Of a stretch of 64,000 nucleotides of DNA, positions 19,701 to 29,611 are shown piece by piece. The stretch lies in IMG/VR virus record IMGVR_UViG_3300020165_002937, one strand, 5' to 3'. The position numbers and the translations under genes are program-made. This stretch comes from a virus. The notes under the pieces are model-generated. The model was not told the origin of the DNA. It searched no databases and was given only the letters and a program-made list of their open reading frames with translations. Numbering within the stretch: position 1 is the stretch's first letter; the number at the start of each line of letters is the position of its first letter.

Positions 19701-19821
19701 GCCGGACCTCATTGACCAAAATATCCTCTATGCGAAGATTATGGTCAAGCCAGCCCGCGCAATCGAATTCATAGCTATCGACTTCGTGATCGCATCCTCT
19801 GGTGCATCATTCGATGATTAA
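16753..19821 (+). CDS. gp18: Contractile tail sheath protein (gp18-like) with large insertion
   Basis: FVSPGVFINEID, WFAPAGFNRG, INPI, GQKTLQ..SALDRINVRRL, PARAIEFI. Confidence 0.95.
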   Translation: MSVKKFKFVSPGVFINEIDNSFIPKSADSIGPVVIGRSARGLAMTPTKVESYSQFIELFGDTVPGNGGGDIYRYGNHQSPMYGTYAAKAFLRANVAPLTYIRLLGQQTSAGSAAGGDAAAGYKTTQNLGTAVASKSSANGGAYGLFVAKSGSSMDLVGEASGALHLAAVFYVNTGSVQLQGTLRQGNDAGAGGTSSVGQVVQAAGAVVSMGSDGLFTLIVSGSNKGNRKIKFNFDDSSDKFIRRRVNTNPQLLSTAGTFYPQSAADDIVLGESFEQELRDRSLATSTTLHGVVLGLALSGTAATGPHNLEGQASTEARSGWIIGQEIDGVTTDFQPQAQQKLFRFKGRGHGGWLHKNIKISITNIRKSNTTTTDYGTFTILLRDINDTDNNVTVMERFDNCSLDPKSPNYIARVIGDKYVEWDANERRLKEYGNYANQSKYIWVDMNDKTDQGGTEPSLLPFGYFGPPKFRNLLNAKDASDFENSFIINAQGLSGSGNVAGCTAMSGAGAVGQAPTAQGHRYAINVGGGSVKLGRTATDGLSFIPMQAATASLFFPKDRLRVSASAGGQSDPTDSYFGFSTTRTSGSTRADASVLDTHNLLYGGFPDDITSANGTPELNPTAYPGIDAYSYVFSLNDVVLDVNGNYYYESGSRDNTDGTNANRAKGSVTSASIDGLLNAGYGNFTTPLYGGFDGFDIFKPDPLYNKAMGASATEDTSYVFHTYRRAIDTVSDPEVTDMNILTIPGLTNNSLTEHAINVCEARGDAMALIDLPSVYVPNHEEYNADKSSAIQTTPVRAAEALRTRRIDSSYGATFYPWVQTRDDNTGANVWIPPTVAMLGVLASSQAKTDVWFAPAGFNRGGLTDGAAGISVIGVTEKLTSKQRDTLYDSNINPIASFPSTGIVVFGQKTLQERQSALDRINVRRLVIYLKKQISIISSQVLFEQNVQSTWNRFKSLVEPFLANVKVQFGITDYRLILDESTTTPDLIDQNILYAKIMVKPARAIEFIAIDFVIASSGASFDD

Positions 19822-19892
19822 AAAAGTCGCGGTGGATTTTTCCTCCGCGCAACTACTTAAAAATAGGAAATACTAACAGGAGTACCTAAGCC

Positions 19893-20480
19893 ATGCCATT
19901 CTGGTCAACAGATTTTAGTCAAGACACAACTTTAAAAGATCCGAAAAGAAAATTCAGATTTACAGTCGAATTTCAAGGGATTGACTCACCTATCGGCGGA
20001 GCTACCGTTTGGTATGCCAAGACCGTTACGAAGCCCTCATTTCAGATCGCCTCTTCGGAGCATAAATTCTTAAATCATACATTTTACTATCCAGGTTCCG
20101 TTACTTGGCAAGACGTATCATTAACCCTTGTTGACCCAGTTGATCCAGATGCGACTGCAACTTTCTCTGATATTATAGTACAATCAGGGTATTCCCCGCC
20201 AACCGACACAAACTCTTTAGGCACAATGTCTAAAGCAAAAGCTGCCGGCGCGCTTGGAACTATTATTATTACTCAAATTGATGCTGAAGGAGCACCGCTT
20301 GAAACTTGGACACTCTGGAACTCGTTTATTACTGAAATCAAATATGGAGATTTGGCATACGGTGATGACGAATTGGTCGAAATGGGCGTTACAATCAAAT
20401 ATGATTGGGCTCGCGTTGAGACTGCTAGACCATCCTCGTCAGTTAATGGAACTCAGGGCAACGAATTCTTTAGAGTATAA
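19893..20480 (+). CDS. gp19: Tail tube protein (gp19-like)
   Basis: PKRKFRF, YPGSVTWQDV, W.L.N.F....YG.L.Y, YDWA; follows sheath. Confidence 0.88.
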   Translation: MPFWSTDFSQDTTLKDPKRKFRFTVEFQGIDSPIGGATVWYAKTVTKPSFQIASSEHKFLNHTFYYPGSVTWQDVSLTLVDPVDPDATATFSDIIVQSGYSPPTDTNSLGTMSKAKAAGALGTIIITQIDAEGAPLETWTLWNSFITEIKYGDLAYGDDELVEMGVTIKYDWARVETARPSSSVNGTQGNEFFRV

Positions 20481-20513
20481 TAAAACTAGACAAAACAAAA
20501 CGAGAGGTGTAAA

Positions 20514-21371
20514 TTGTCGAGAAACAATAATGATCGCTTAGGCGCTCATCAACAAGATACTAGCCCGGCACCTTCACAAGTTATGCAAAATGATTCCCCA
20601 GGGTTTTCATTTGTCGTGCCGAGCGAGTTTGTGGATTTGCCTACCGGTGGCCGCTACTACCCAGAAGGTCATCCGCTCCACAAGCAAAGTAGTATAGAAA
20701 TCAAACAGATGACAGCGAAAGAGGAGGATATGTTAACTTCCCAGACACTGTTAAGAAAAGGCATCGCGCTTGAGCGAGTGCTCTCTAGCTTGATCATGGA
20801 TAAGAACATTAGCACCGATACCTTGTATGTTGCAGATAAAAATGCAATTATTATAGCAACTAGGATATCAGGTTATGGCAGTGACTATAACACAACGGTG
20901 GGTTGCCCTGCATGTGGTGAAAGTCAAAAGTACTCGTTTGACCTAAGAAATGCTAAAGTATACACTGGCGATGACTGTGATGTTTTGGGCGTTAATAATA
21001 ACGAAAACGGGACTTTTAATGTTACACTACCAAAAACTAAAGTTGACGTGACATTTAGGCTTCTAACTGGTCACGATGAAAAACTTCTGGTAAACGGAAT
21101 GGAAAAAGACAAAAAGTCCAAATCACACGAAAGAAATGTCACGAGACAGATTGCTTTCATGGTATTGGCAGTTAACGGAGATTCATCGACGGAAGCAATT
21201 CAATATTTTGTTGAAAACATCCCCGCCATTGATGCCAGGCACCTAAGAGCAGCCTATAAAGCCGCATCACCAAATATCGATATGACTCAGAGCTTTGTTT
21301 GTGGAGAGTGCGATCACGAACAGGAAATGGAGGTGCCGCTTAACGCGGACTTTTTTTGGCCTGACCAATGA
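20514..21371 (+). CDS. Baseplate hub/tail assembly chaperone (gp26-like), TTG start
   Basis: LPTGGRYY, MTAKEED, two CxxC motifs, ends FFWP; GAGAGG SD. Confidence 0.75.
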   Translation: MSRNNNDRLGAHQQDTSPAPSQVMQNDSPGFSFVVPSEFVDLPTGGRYYPEGHPLHKQSSIEIKQMTAKEEDMLTSQTLLRKGIALERVLSSLIMDKNISTDTLYVADKNAIIIATRISGYGSDYNTTVGCPACGESQKYSFDLRNAKVYTGDDCDVLGVNNNENGTFNVTLPKTKVDVTFRLLTGHDEKLLVNGMEKDKKSKSHERNVTRQIAFMVLAVNGDSSTEAIQYFVENIPAIDARHLRAAYKAASPNIDMTQSFVCGECDHEQEMEVPLNADFFWPDQ

Positions 21372-21609
21372 ATACATGGAAAACGTGTATGAGCAGTTCT
21401 TCTTTTTAAAATATTCTGGCGGTTGGTCCTTCTCAGAGGCATATAATTTGCCAGTTGGGCTAAGAAAATGGTTTGTTGAAAGACTGATCAAACAATTGGA
21501 AGATGAAAAAGAAGCAATCGAAAAAGCACAGAAAGGGGGCGGCCGCGGCTCGCAAGTCTTATCTGAGGCTAACCAGCCACAGTTGCCCTCCCAATTCGAG
21601 AATATCTAA
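21352..21609 (+). CDS. gp51-like/tail chaperone second ORF; probably reached by frameshift at T7 21351-21357 (alternative ATG 21376)
   Basis: YEQFFFLKY..GWSFSEAYNLP..LRKWFVERL resembles gp51-type proteins; +1 frame relative to the upstream gene. Confidence 0.65.
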   Translation, partial: FFGLTNEYMENVYEQFFFLKYSGGWSFSEAYNLPVGLRKWFVERLIKQLEDEKEAIEKAQKGGGRGSQVLSEANQPQLPSQFENI

Positions 21610-21632
21610 AGACGGCCCAAGCCGTCTTTTTT
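21608..21632 (+). terminator. Rho-independent terminator
   Basis: aaagacggc-ccaa-gccgtcttt plus T-tract. Confidence 0.8.
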
Positions 21633-21685
21633 CTTGTGTAACTAATTAATCTTAGAGCACGAATATCGTGCAGGAGAAATACACC

Positions 21686-24289
21686 TTGGCTGATGGCGTA
21701 AAATACACCAAAGAAGATTTACAGATCCAAGAAGAGATCATTGAAGGCTTAAGGGAGATACAAAGGCTTCAAAGAGCTAACAAGGATCTCAACGACGAAC
21801 AAAAAGCTTTACTAGCCGCTGCAGCTCGCGAACATGGTAACATCAAAGATGCAATATCAGACCAGCGCTCTATAACCCAAGACATGATCCGCCAACGTAG
21901 GAATTCAAAAGCTGCGTTGTTTGAAGAATTGGAAGTATTAAAACAGCAACTATCAGCTTATCAAAGCATAAATACAAGCGGCAGGTATAGGCAAGAAGTT
22001 TTAGATGCACAATTGGCCGTTGAACAGAAAAAACTACAAATTCTACTTGAAACTAGAGATCTCACAGATGACGAAGTTTTAAAACAAAAAGAAAAAGTTG
22101 ATCTGCTCAGAAAGCAAAATGAGGCTTATAAAGAACAATTAGCCGTTGCAAAAGAAATTGGAAAAACTCTTGGAACAGTATTTGCCGTATATGAAAAGAA
22201 CAAATTCTTTAATGTCGACAATGCAAAAAAATTAGCCAAAGCATTCGCCGGCGGTAGAGTTGCATTACAAGGTATGGCCAAAGCATTAGCCGCTAGCGCA
22301 ATAACATCGTATCTTGATTCAGTGGTCGGGCTCGTTTTTGAACTTGAAAAAGCAGAAGCAGGGTTTATTAAAACTACTGGTGCATCTAGGGAATTTGCCA
22401 AGTCTGTTCGCGGCCAGTACGAAGACCTGCGAGGACTAGGCGTGCAAATAGCCGAAGTTACCGGTGCGAATGCTGCGCTTTATTCTACATTTACAGATTT
22501 TACAACCTTAAGTCCAACCACCAGAGATGAGATTGGCAAAATTGGAGCACTGTTAGGGCGCCGTGGTGTCGATTTCCAAGACTTTGCAGCCGGCATACAG
22601 CAAACCAACAAGGCCTTCGGTCAAACGGGCCCAGAAGCCGCTCAGACGGCCATGCAGCTTGAAGCTTTGGCGTCCAAGTTACAGATACCACCCCAAATGA
22701 TGGCAAAAGAGTTTCAAGCCTCTAGCGGGGCTTTAGCTAAACTAGGTAAAGACGGCCCAATAGCATTTGCTCGACTTGCCTTTGCCTTTAAGAAAACCGG
22801 CCTTGAGATCAACAAGATAATCAAAATATCTGAGGCTTTTGACACGTTTGACGGCGCCGCAACCCAGGCAGGCAAGCTGAATGCTGCTTTGGGCGGAAAT
22901 TTTGTTAATGCTATGGATCTTATGATGGCAACTGATCCGGTCGAGCGCTTTGAGATGATCAGGGACTCTCTATCGAGCGCTGGTCTTGAGTTCGACACAA
23001 TGGGCTACTACCAAAGAAAATTTATTGCTGAATCAGTTGGTCTTGACGGACCTAACGAGCTTGCGATGCTGATGTCAGGCAATTTAGAAGGCCTTGCAGA
23101 CTCAGCAAAACTAAGTCAAGCTGAAATTGTAGACTTAGAAAAAAGAGCAGCTGAAGCTACAGCAGTTCAAGAAAAGTTTAACGGCGCTATGCGCAGCATG
23201 ATTGTGGTGTTAGAGCCGGCCATCGATTTGCTTCAAAGATTCGGCGACTTTTTGACCGAAAATAAATGGTTTGCATCCGGCTTAGGTTATGTAATTGGTG
23301 CCCTCGTCGTAGGCTTCTTGGCTTATAAAGCAGTAATGCTGTCTTTAATCGTCGTAGAAGCTTTGAAGGCCGTTGGTTCGATTTTCCTTGCCGGCGCCGA
23401 AAAAACAAAAAACGAAGTAACCAAAGAATCACTGCTTTTGTCGAATGCACAAGCGGTAGCTTTGGCTAAGCTAACGCCGCTCATGCTTGCTTTTGGATTC
23501 GCAGTCCTCATGGTTGGCGCCGGCATCGGACTTGCTGCCGTTGGCTTGGCTGTCTTAGTTGTATCCTTCAAAGATCTGGGTGACGCTGCTTGGCCTGCTG
23601 CAGCGGGCATAGTTGGATTTACTTTGGCATTTGCGGGCTTGATGGCGTTGTTAGTCGGCTTGACCGCTGGACCGCAGGCAGGCGTCACAGCCCTCGCGGT
23701 CGGTGTCTTGCTATCTATTGGCGCCGCGGCCCTGATGATCGGTAAGGGAATCGAAATGGCAGCAAACGGTTTCGATACATTTAACACAGCGCTCAATAAC
23801 ATAGATACTACGAACATGATAAATCTTTTAACAGAGTTCGACAAGTTTAGCAATACAATAGGCAACATGGTCAAGATAGCGAACGCTATCGACAATATAT
23901 CAGACTCTATGGATGACTTGAATACAAGTAAAACTATAGCTCTAACAAGACTAATTAAGACAGTGCAGGTTGGCTCACCTGAAATGATGGAGACAGCAGC
24001 CGGCGTCGAGACCATAGCGACTTCGCGTGTTGCGGCACAAACTGCCATAGACACTGAGGCAATTGCCGAGATAGCTTCAGCCGCGGCAGTTGTTGCGGTG
24101 AATCAAGCGAAGAAAGGCTCAGATGCGAGCACCGGAGGCTACAGATCAACACCTAATCGTCCCGCCGCAAATATAGTAGTTGAGAATGTTTTCCAAGTTG
24201 ACGGGAAAGAAATCAAGAGAATCCGCGATAAATCTTTAGGCGAACAAATTGCGGCCGCAGTCATGGGTCAGGCACCCCCTGCAGGTTAA
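21686..24289 (+). CDS. Tape measure protein
   Basis: Long helical Ala-rich protein with hydrophobic segments, after tube and chaperones; TTG 21686 follows AGGAG. Confidence 0.8.
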   Translation: MADGVKYTKEDLQIQEEIIEGLREIQRLQRANKDLNDEQKALLAAAAREHGNIKDAISDQRSITQDMIRQRRNSKAALFEELEVLKQQLSAYQSINTSGRYRQEVLDAQLAVEQKKLQILLETRDLTDDEVLKQKEKVDLLRKQNEAYKEQLAVAKEIGKTLGTVFAVYEKNKFFNVDNAKKLAKAFAGGRVALQGMAKALAASAITSYLDSVVGLVFELEKAEAGFIKTTGASREFAKSVRGQYEDLRGLGVQIAEVTGANAALYSTFTDFTTLSPTTRDEIGKIGALLGRRGVDFQDFAAGIQQTNKAFGQTGPEAAQTAMQLEALASKLQIPPQMMAKEFQASSGALAKLGKDGPIAFARLAFAFKKTGLEINKIIKISEAFDTFDGAATQAGKLNAALGGNFVNAMDLMMATDPVERFEMIRDSLSSAGLEFDTMGYYQRKFIAESVGLDGPNELAMLMSGNLEGLADSAKLSQAEIVDLEKRAAEATAVQEKFNGAMRSMIVVLEPAIDLLQRFGDFLTENKWFASGLGYVIGALVVGFLAYKAVMLSLIVVEALKAVGSIFLAGAEKTKNEVTKESLLLSNAQAVALAKLTPLMLAFGFAVLMVGAGIGLAAVGLAVLVVSFKDLGDAAWPAAAGIVGFTLAFAGLMALLVGLTAGPQAGVTALAVGVLLSIGAAALMIGKGIEMAANGFDTFNTALNNIDTTNMINLLTEFDKFSNTIGNMVKIANAIDNISDSMDDLNTSKTIALTRLIKTVQVGSPEMMETAAGVETIATSRVAAQTAIDTEAIAEIASAAAVVAVNQAKKGSDASTGGYRSTPNRPAANIVVENVFQVDGKEIKRIRDKSLGEQIAAAVMGQAPPAG

Positions 24290-24344
24290 TATTAGACCAA
24301 AAAGTTTTGGAAATGCATACTTACAAGAAAGGAACATAGAATAA

Positions 24345-25487
24345 ATGGCTAGTGATGATTTCAGCGGAGACATAAGCGTAGCGCATGATTTTTTTAATGC
24401 GAATTTCGATAGTAGTCGATATAAAACTAGTCGAGTAGGCGATCGCCTTCAGAAACCGGTAAGAAACTATGTTGATGGCAGCGATTATCTTGCGAATAGA
24501 CGTAAGATGATGATCTCTTTCCAACATGCTCCATCGGGCCGATCTATATTTTTCAAGTCTTTTATAACAGCTTTTAACGAAACGTATAACTCAGATTGGG
24601 TCGACGAAAAGGTTTTTGGTCGAGTAGATCCAATTATGTTGTTCAAGAATACTTCTCGAAGGATTACTTTAGCCTTTAAGGTACCAGCCGGCACAGAAAG
24701 CGAAGCATATGAGAATCTTGTAAAATTACAGCACCTAGCTCAATTCTTGTATCCAAACTATAAAGATGTGGGAGATGCATCTACTATCTCTCAATCGCCA
24801 TTGATAAGGCTAAAGGTTATGAACTTGGCTCAAAAATCAGGCCCTTCCTCAACTGATACTAGAAACGATATCGGTGGTGCTAACCAGTCACCAGAATTAT
24901 TATACGAACAGTATCGAAGCAACTATCAGTCCTCTGGTGGCCTGCTTGGTGCGGTAACAAATGTCACGATTAACCACAACTTAGAAGCCGAAGATGGCGC
25001 ATTTATGAAAGCGGAGAACACTATACTGCCTAAATTGTTTGAAGTCAACTTAGAATTCGCCGTGATTCATGAGCAGCCGCTGGGATGGAAGAAGACCAGA
25101 AACGGTGCAGAATTCCAAGACAAAAATTTCCCATACAATGCCAAAGGTAGTGATCCGTTTAAGACTTTTGCTGCGGGCAAGAATGACGTGCAATCTATAA
25201 TAGATGCAGCAACTCCGCCCCAAGCACGTATTGACAATGCCAAAGCTAAAAAGAATAAGGCTATTTGGGGGCTGAGTGACAGCGAGAAAGGAGATGTCAT
25301 GATGCGCCGTGCGCCCCGCAAACTCGCACGCGCGAAAAACGCCCACGATGAATCCCGCGCCGTTGACCCGTACGCTGACGCGCTAGATATGTTCACCATT
25401 GACTCTGCACCCACGGTATACTACGGGGGCTCTGAAGAAGGTGGTATGGTAGACCCTCGGTACAACCCACTTTTGCAAGGGGATTAA
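24345..25487 (+). CDS. Baseplate/tail-tube initiator-like protein
   Basis: F...I..F.E.Y...W.....GR.DP...F..T.R.I.L.F pattern; follows tape measure. Confidence 0.6.
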   Translation: MASDDFSGDISVAHDFFNANFDSSRYKTSRVGDRLQKPVRNYVDGSDYLANRRKMMISFQHAPSGRSIFFKSFITAFNETYNSDWVDEKVFGRVDPIMLFKNTSRRITLAFKVPAGTESEAYENLVKLQHLAQFLYPNYKDVGDASTISQSPLIRLKVMNLAQKSGPSSTDTRNDIGGANQSPELLYEQYRSNYQSSGGLLGAVTNVTINHNLEAEDGAFMKAENTILPKLFEVNLEFAVIHEQPLGWKKTRNGAEFQDKNFPYNAKGSDPFKTFAAGKNDVQSIIDAATPPQARIDNAKAKKNKAIWGLSDSEKGDVMMRRAPRKLARAKNAHDESRAVDPYADALDMFTIDSAPTVYYGGSEEGGMVDPRYNPLLQGD

Positions 25488-25502
25488 AGGTTCAAATAAA
25501 CT

Positions 25503-25832
25503 ATGGCAAGATACACTAAAGATAGGGTACTAAATAACAGTAGCGAATACTACGAGTCAATTCGTCGCAACAAAAAAACTCTCAGACATTTTGAAACTCC
25601 ACGACTGGCTAACCCGGGCGTTGGTGCTCGCACAGTTATAAACAGCGTAACGCATATATGGACTGTCGGCGATAGATTTTATAAATTAGCAAACACTTAC
25701 TATGCTGATGTTAGATTCTGGTGGGTTATTGCATGGTATAATGGAGTACCTACCGAAGCGCATCTCACTCGCGGGACACCAATTGAAATACCGCTCGACA
25801 TTGATATGGCCTTGAGGGCCATGGGACAATAA
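25503..25832 (+). CDS. LysM-like baseplate protein (gp53/tail X-like)
   Basis: GDRFYKLANTYY.D..WWVIA..N..G..I.IP. Confidence 0.75.
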   Translation: MARYTKDRVLNNSSEYYESIRRNKKTLRHFETPRLANPGVGARTVINSVTHIWTVGDRFYKLANTYYADVRFWWVIAWYNGVPTEAHLTRGTPIEIPLDIDMALRAMGQ

Positions 25833-25833
25833 A

Positions 25834-28800
25834 ATGGCAGTATCAAAAGATAGCGAATCGGCGCAAGCAGGCCTAGGGGTCTTTAAAGCAATCGATGAAT
25901 GTGGTCCGACGATTAAAGAGAACATGGCTCTTTACGATCAGGTTATGGCCCCACTTGAAGCGGCTTTACTAAGTAACACGATGGACGGCACCCCGCTTAC
26001 CGGCGAGCCAATATACGATGACATGTCTTCCGAGCAGAAAGCTAACTACGAACTCATGATGGATCTTTTTTACCCCGGATTCAGCACCGCCGGCCCCCTC
26101 AGTTCAGTTGGAGATCTCTCGTCTAGAAATTATTCTTCCAGTACTCCCGGATACTTGACTGGCGACGAATTGGAAACAATTAGTAAACTCCTCAACAGGG
26201 AGAATACCACCGAAGAGGAAACAGAAGCTGCCCTCGCAGCAGCAATCATGGGAACCTCTCGAAACGCCAAAGCCGCCGGCTCCGGTAACAACGGCTCAGT
26301 TAAAAAGCTGCTTGAACAAATTGAATCGAACCTAGTTTTGAATTGGGAAGAGAGATCCCATGTCCGCGACAAGATGTACCACGCGAAGACTAATAATCTT
26401 TTAGATTATGATGGCTCTAAAGAGTTCACTATCGGCAACAACACTAAAGGACTCACCAAGGGTGATGGGCCCAGCCTAACCCCGGCCCAGCAAGCCTACG
26501 TAGACTTCGTTAGAGCCGATTATCTCAAGAATAATACTAGCGGCTTCGGCTCGACCGGCGCCAAAGACGCCAAGAAAGCTTTTGACGAAATGAAAAAATG
26601 CGAAAAGAGTATAACGGATGCAGACCAAAGACTAAAAGACTCGAAGCTGGATAACCGTGCGCTAGCACTGCTTGGGCTGCAAGAAGGAGCCAGCCTCTAC
26701 GCCCAGGCCGTTGCACTCGCCGGCCAGATGGGCCTTGGTGGCCTCAGTGACGAAAACGACGAACAGATTCGAGATGCCTATAACGATGTAAGCGAAACAG
26801 CTACCCAATTGGCGCTCACTGCTATGGGTGTGGACATGAACTATAAGGAGCAATGCTACTTGCTCGCCAAGATATTGCAGCTTTCGCAATACAAAATGAG
26901 TATAATTGATCAAGGTTTGGACAGGGGTTCCCCAGCGAAAAAAACGTTACCGTATGTTAAAGGCGCTGGCAACAGTAGCATACAGGCAATGGGCGACCCT
27001 TATGGTTTTGTCAATAAGCTGACACAATCCGGTCGTTTTGAAGAATTTTTTAATATAGAAGGCAGGGATCTATCATCGATGCAACCATACATAAGGCTGT
27101 ACAAGATGACTCGAAAAAAGTTTAACGGCACAATGGGGGACATAGAGACTCCAATACAATTTGACTCAGTACAGAAACCTGGCGACCTTAAGGAATTTTT
27201 TAAGAAAAAAGAGGCTAGAGGGTTTGGGGTTGGTATAAAAGATTTTACATTTAAATATGAGGGCTCTAACCCTTTTTCGGTCAAGAAAAGTATTAGTGCT
27301 AAGCTGACTATCCACGCAAACTCCTTTGACGAGTTAATCCAGCCAAGAACCTCAACAAATCCAGGATCAAGCAATTCTTCAAAATATCGATATTTGGATT
27401 TATGCCTGAAAACTGGCAATATTACAAAAAAGAAAGAGCAGGCTTATGATGACTATGTTGGAAAAGCGATACAAAGAATTCAAGATTCAAAAAACTATTC
27501 ATTAGATTTTAGATTAAAAGCGGTTGTAGGCTGGTCTACCCCGAGTTCGCATGGGGATAACTCAACAGCCACTGCCACAAAAAGAAGAAAGATGCTGGAT
27601 GCGGTAGACGACAGCTATATCACATTAAATTTGACCCCCACAACACACGAATTTAACATAGGCGACGACGGCCGCGTAGAATTTGTTATAAATTATTTAG
27701 CATATGTCGATGAGCTGTTTGATCAGCCCAACTATAACATATTTTCCACCGGTGCTTTGAACGCCGCGGCTTTTTTGGCAGAGGTAGAAAAGAAAGACGC
27801 CCTTGTTAAGTGTGATGAAAAAAAAGGTGCTACTGCCAAGCAATCTAAAGACGGGGCCCTATCAACGTGGATTGAGGGCCAAAAAGCTTCTAGCCTGCAG
27901 AACATAATCCACTCTCTTTCAGATAAAGGAAGAATTTTTTATGCGCGTATTCCGCGGACTGACTTGGCTCTGTTTACTTCGCAAGGCCCGTTTTACGAGC
28001 GCGCCGGCGCCACTTTAGATGTGGCGGCTTCTGAAAGCCTACGAAAGAGCATGAAAAAGGAGGTTAATGAGATGATTAGGCCGCTTGATGCTGCGTGGGT
28101 TGAAACAAAAGATAAAGATGGAAACCCGGCCGGTGTTGACTCCGAAGGCCTTAGTTTCAAAGAGTGGGACCTTCAAAACAAACGAAATCTGCAGTTTTCG
28201 AGTTCAGCTTATAGCTGGGACGAAGAACATATAGCTTTCTTTTTTCTAAGCGATCTCATAGACACTATTTTGAAATCGATCGAGGGGGCACTCAGTGACT
28301 TCTCGACAGAGCTAACCAAAATGCAACATCCCAATAGCAACTTTCCAAATCCAAAAGTTGCTGTCACAAAAGCGGAAGAAAAGTTAGAAATTGAAAGATT
28401 TGAAAGGTTATCGGAGCAATTTGAGAAATTTCGTGTAGTGCTCGGCCCAATTGAAATAGTCGACCCAAAAAGCGAACTACATACCCAATTTCTTTCTATG
28501 GGCGATCTCCCAATATCGGTAAAATATTTTGTTGAATGGCTTTCTTCTGAAGTGGTTGGTAAAGCAACTTCGAATTATCCGTTAACTACTTTTTTATCGA
28601 GATTGATGAACAACCTATTGCGTGATTTTATAAATACTGATTCATGTTGGGCCAAAAGAGGATTTCAGAAATTAAGGCTGTTCAATACCACGATAACCGA
28701 TTATGAATTAGAGGGAACGGGCCTTGATTCCCTTACAAACCGAGCCCTCCGCGGAGGCCATCGGTTAGTTGTAGGAGACTTAACTAACAGCGAACAAGGC

Positions 28801-29568
28801 CATAAGCGACTGTTGAACATCTCAGGACCAAAAAAAGGAACGATCGGTCCTCCCAATTCCGAAAGAAACTATTTAATTTTTCATGCAGGCCGAACCCAAC
28901 CAGTTCAAAAAATGAATGGCGATCGAGCTGAAGACCACGGCCGCGGCATATTTCATTATATTCTTGGCCGCGACAAAGGAATAATTAAAAACATAGCACT
29001 GACCAGAACTTCTACTGCGGGCCACAAAGAAGTAAGATTTGAAGGGGAGGGGTATAATGGGCTAGCCCAGTTAAGAGAAGTCTATGACGTTGAAATCGAA
29101 TCTTTTGCAAACATTTCAGCTTGGCCCGGTACTTATATTTTCGTCGACCCGCGCGGATTTGCTCCCACTTTAAGCTATGACATGAAGCAAGAAGGGTTTA
29201 ACTTCGAAGATTTGACTGACTATGGCCTAGGCGGTTATTACATGATAATTTCCTCAGAACACTCGTTTGGTCCGGGCTATGCCAATACGTCGATAACTGC
29301 AAAATGGACTCACCAGATCGATCACAAAGGAGACCAGCCAGCCTCCGGTCAGGAACTGCACGAAGCTGGTTACCAAGCCGGCGACCAGTCGACTATACCA
29401 AATTTACAATCTGGTAAATGTGCCTCTGTCAAGTCTGGCCGGCGCGATAGACTGGAAGCTGCCGAACTTGGCGTTGTGGACAACGACGGCAACGACTTTA
29501 TAACGTCTTTGCTTAAAAGTGTGCCTTTCTTCGGAGATGATGTGTCGAAAAAGCCAGGCCCCAAGTAG
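25834..29568 (+). CDS. Large baseplate hub-like protein
   Basis: 1244 aa; C-terminal PGTYIFV..GGYYMIISSEHSF..TSITA resembles hub/late-control D folds. Confidence 0.5.
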   Translation: MAVSKDSESAQAGLGVFKAIDECGPTIKENMALYDQVMAPLEAALLSNTMDGTPLTGEPIYDDMSSEQKANYELMMDLFYPGFSTAGPLSSVGDLSSRNYSSSTPGYLTGDELETISKLLNRENTTEEETEAALAAAIMGTSRNAKAAGSGNNGSVKKLLEQIESNLVLNWEERSHVRDKMYHAKTNNLLDYDGSKEFTIGNNTKGLTKGDGPSLTPAQQAYVDFVRADYLKNNTSGFGSTGAKDAKKAFDEMKKCEKSITDADQRLKDSKLDNRALALLGLQEGASLYAQAVALAGQMGLGGLSDENDEQIRDAYNDVSETATQLALTAMGVDMNYKEQCYLLAKILQLSQYKMSIIDQGLDRGSPAKKTLPYVKGAGNSSIQAMGDPYGFVNKLTQSGRFEEFFNIEGRDLSSMQPYIRLYKMTRKKFNGTMGDIETPIQFDSVQKPGDLKEFFKKKEARGFGVGIKDFTFKYEGSNPFSVKKSISAKLTIHANSFDELIQPRTSTNPGSSNSSKYRYLDLCLKTGNITKKKEQAYDDYVGKAIQRIQDSKNYSLDFRLKAVVGWSTPSSHGDNSTATATKRRKMLDAVDDSYITLNLTPTTHEFNIGDDGRVEFVINYLAYVDELFDQPNYNIFSTGALNAAAFLAEVEKKDALVKCDEKKGATAKQSKDGALSTWIEGQKASSLQNIIHSLSDKGRIFYARIPRTDLALFTSQGPFYERAGATLDVAASESLRKSMKKEVNEMIRPLDAAWVETKDKDGNPAGVDSEGLSFKEWDLQNKRNLQFSSSAYSWDEEHIAFFFLSDLIDTILKSIEGALSDFSTELTKMQHPNSNFPNPKVAVTKAEEKLEIERFERLSEQFEKFRVVLGPIEIVDPKSELHTQFLSMGDLPISVKYFVEWLSSEVVGKATSNYPLTTFLSRLMNNLLRDFINTDSCWAKRGFQKLRLFNTTITDYELEGTGLDSLTNRALRGGHRLVVGDLTNSEQGHKRLLNISGPKKGTIGPPNSERNYLIFHAGRTQPVQKMNGDRAEDHGRGIFHYILGRDKGIIKNIALTRTSTAGHKEVRFEGEGYNGLAQLREVYDVEIESFANISAWPGTYIFVDPRGFAPTLSYDMKQEGFNFEDLTDYGLGGYYMIISSEHSFGPGYANTSITAKWTHQIDHKGDQPASGQELHEAGYQAGDQSTIPNLQSGKCASVKSGRRDRLEAAELGVVDNDGNDFITSLLKSVPFFGDDVSKKPGPK

Positions 29569-29611
29569 TTACTTTAGATAGAGCTACAACGTTATAAAGG
29601 AGAACAACAGG

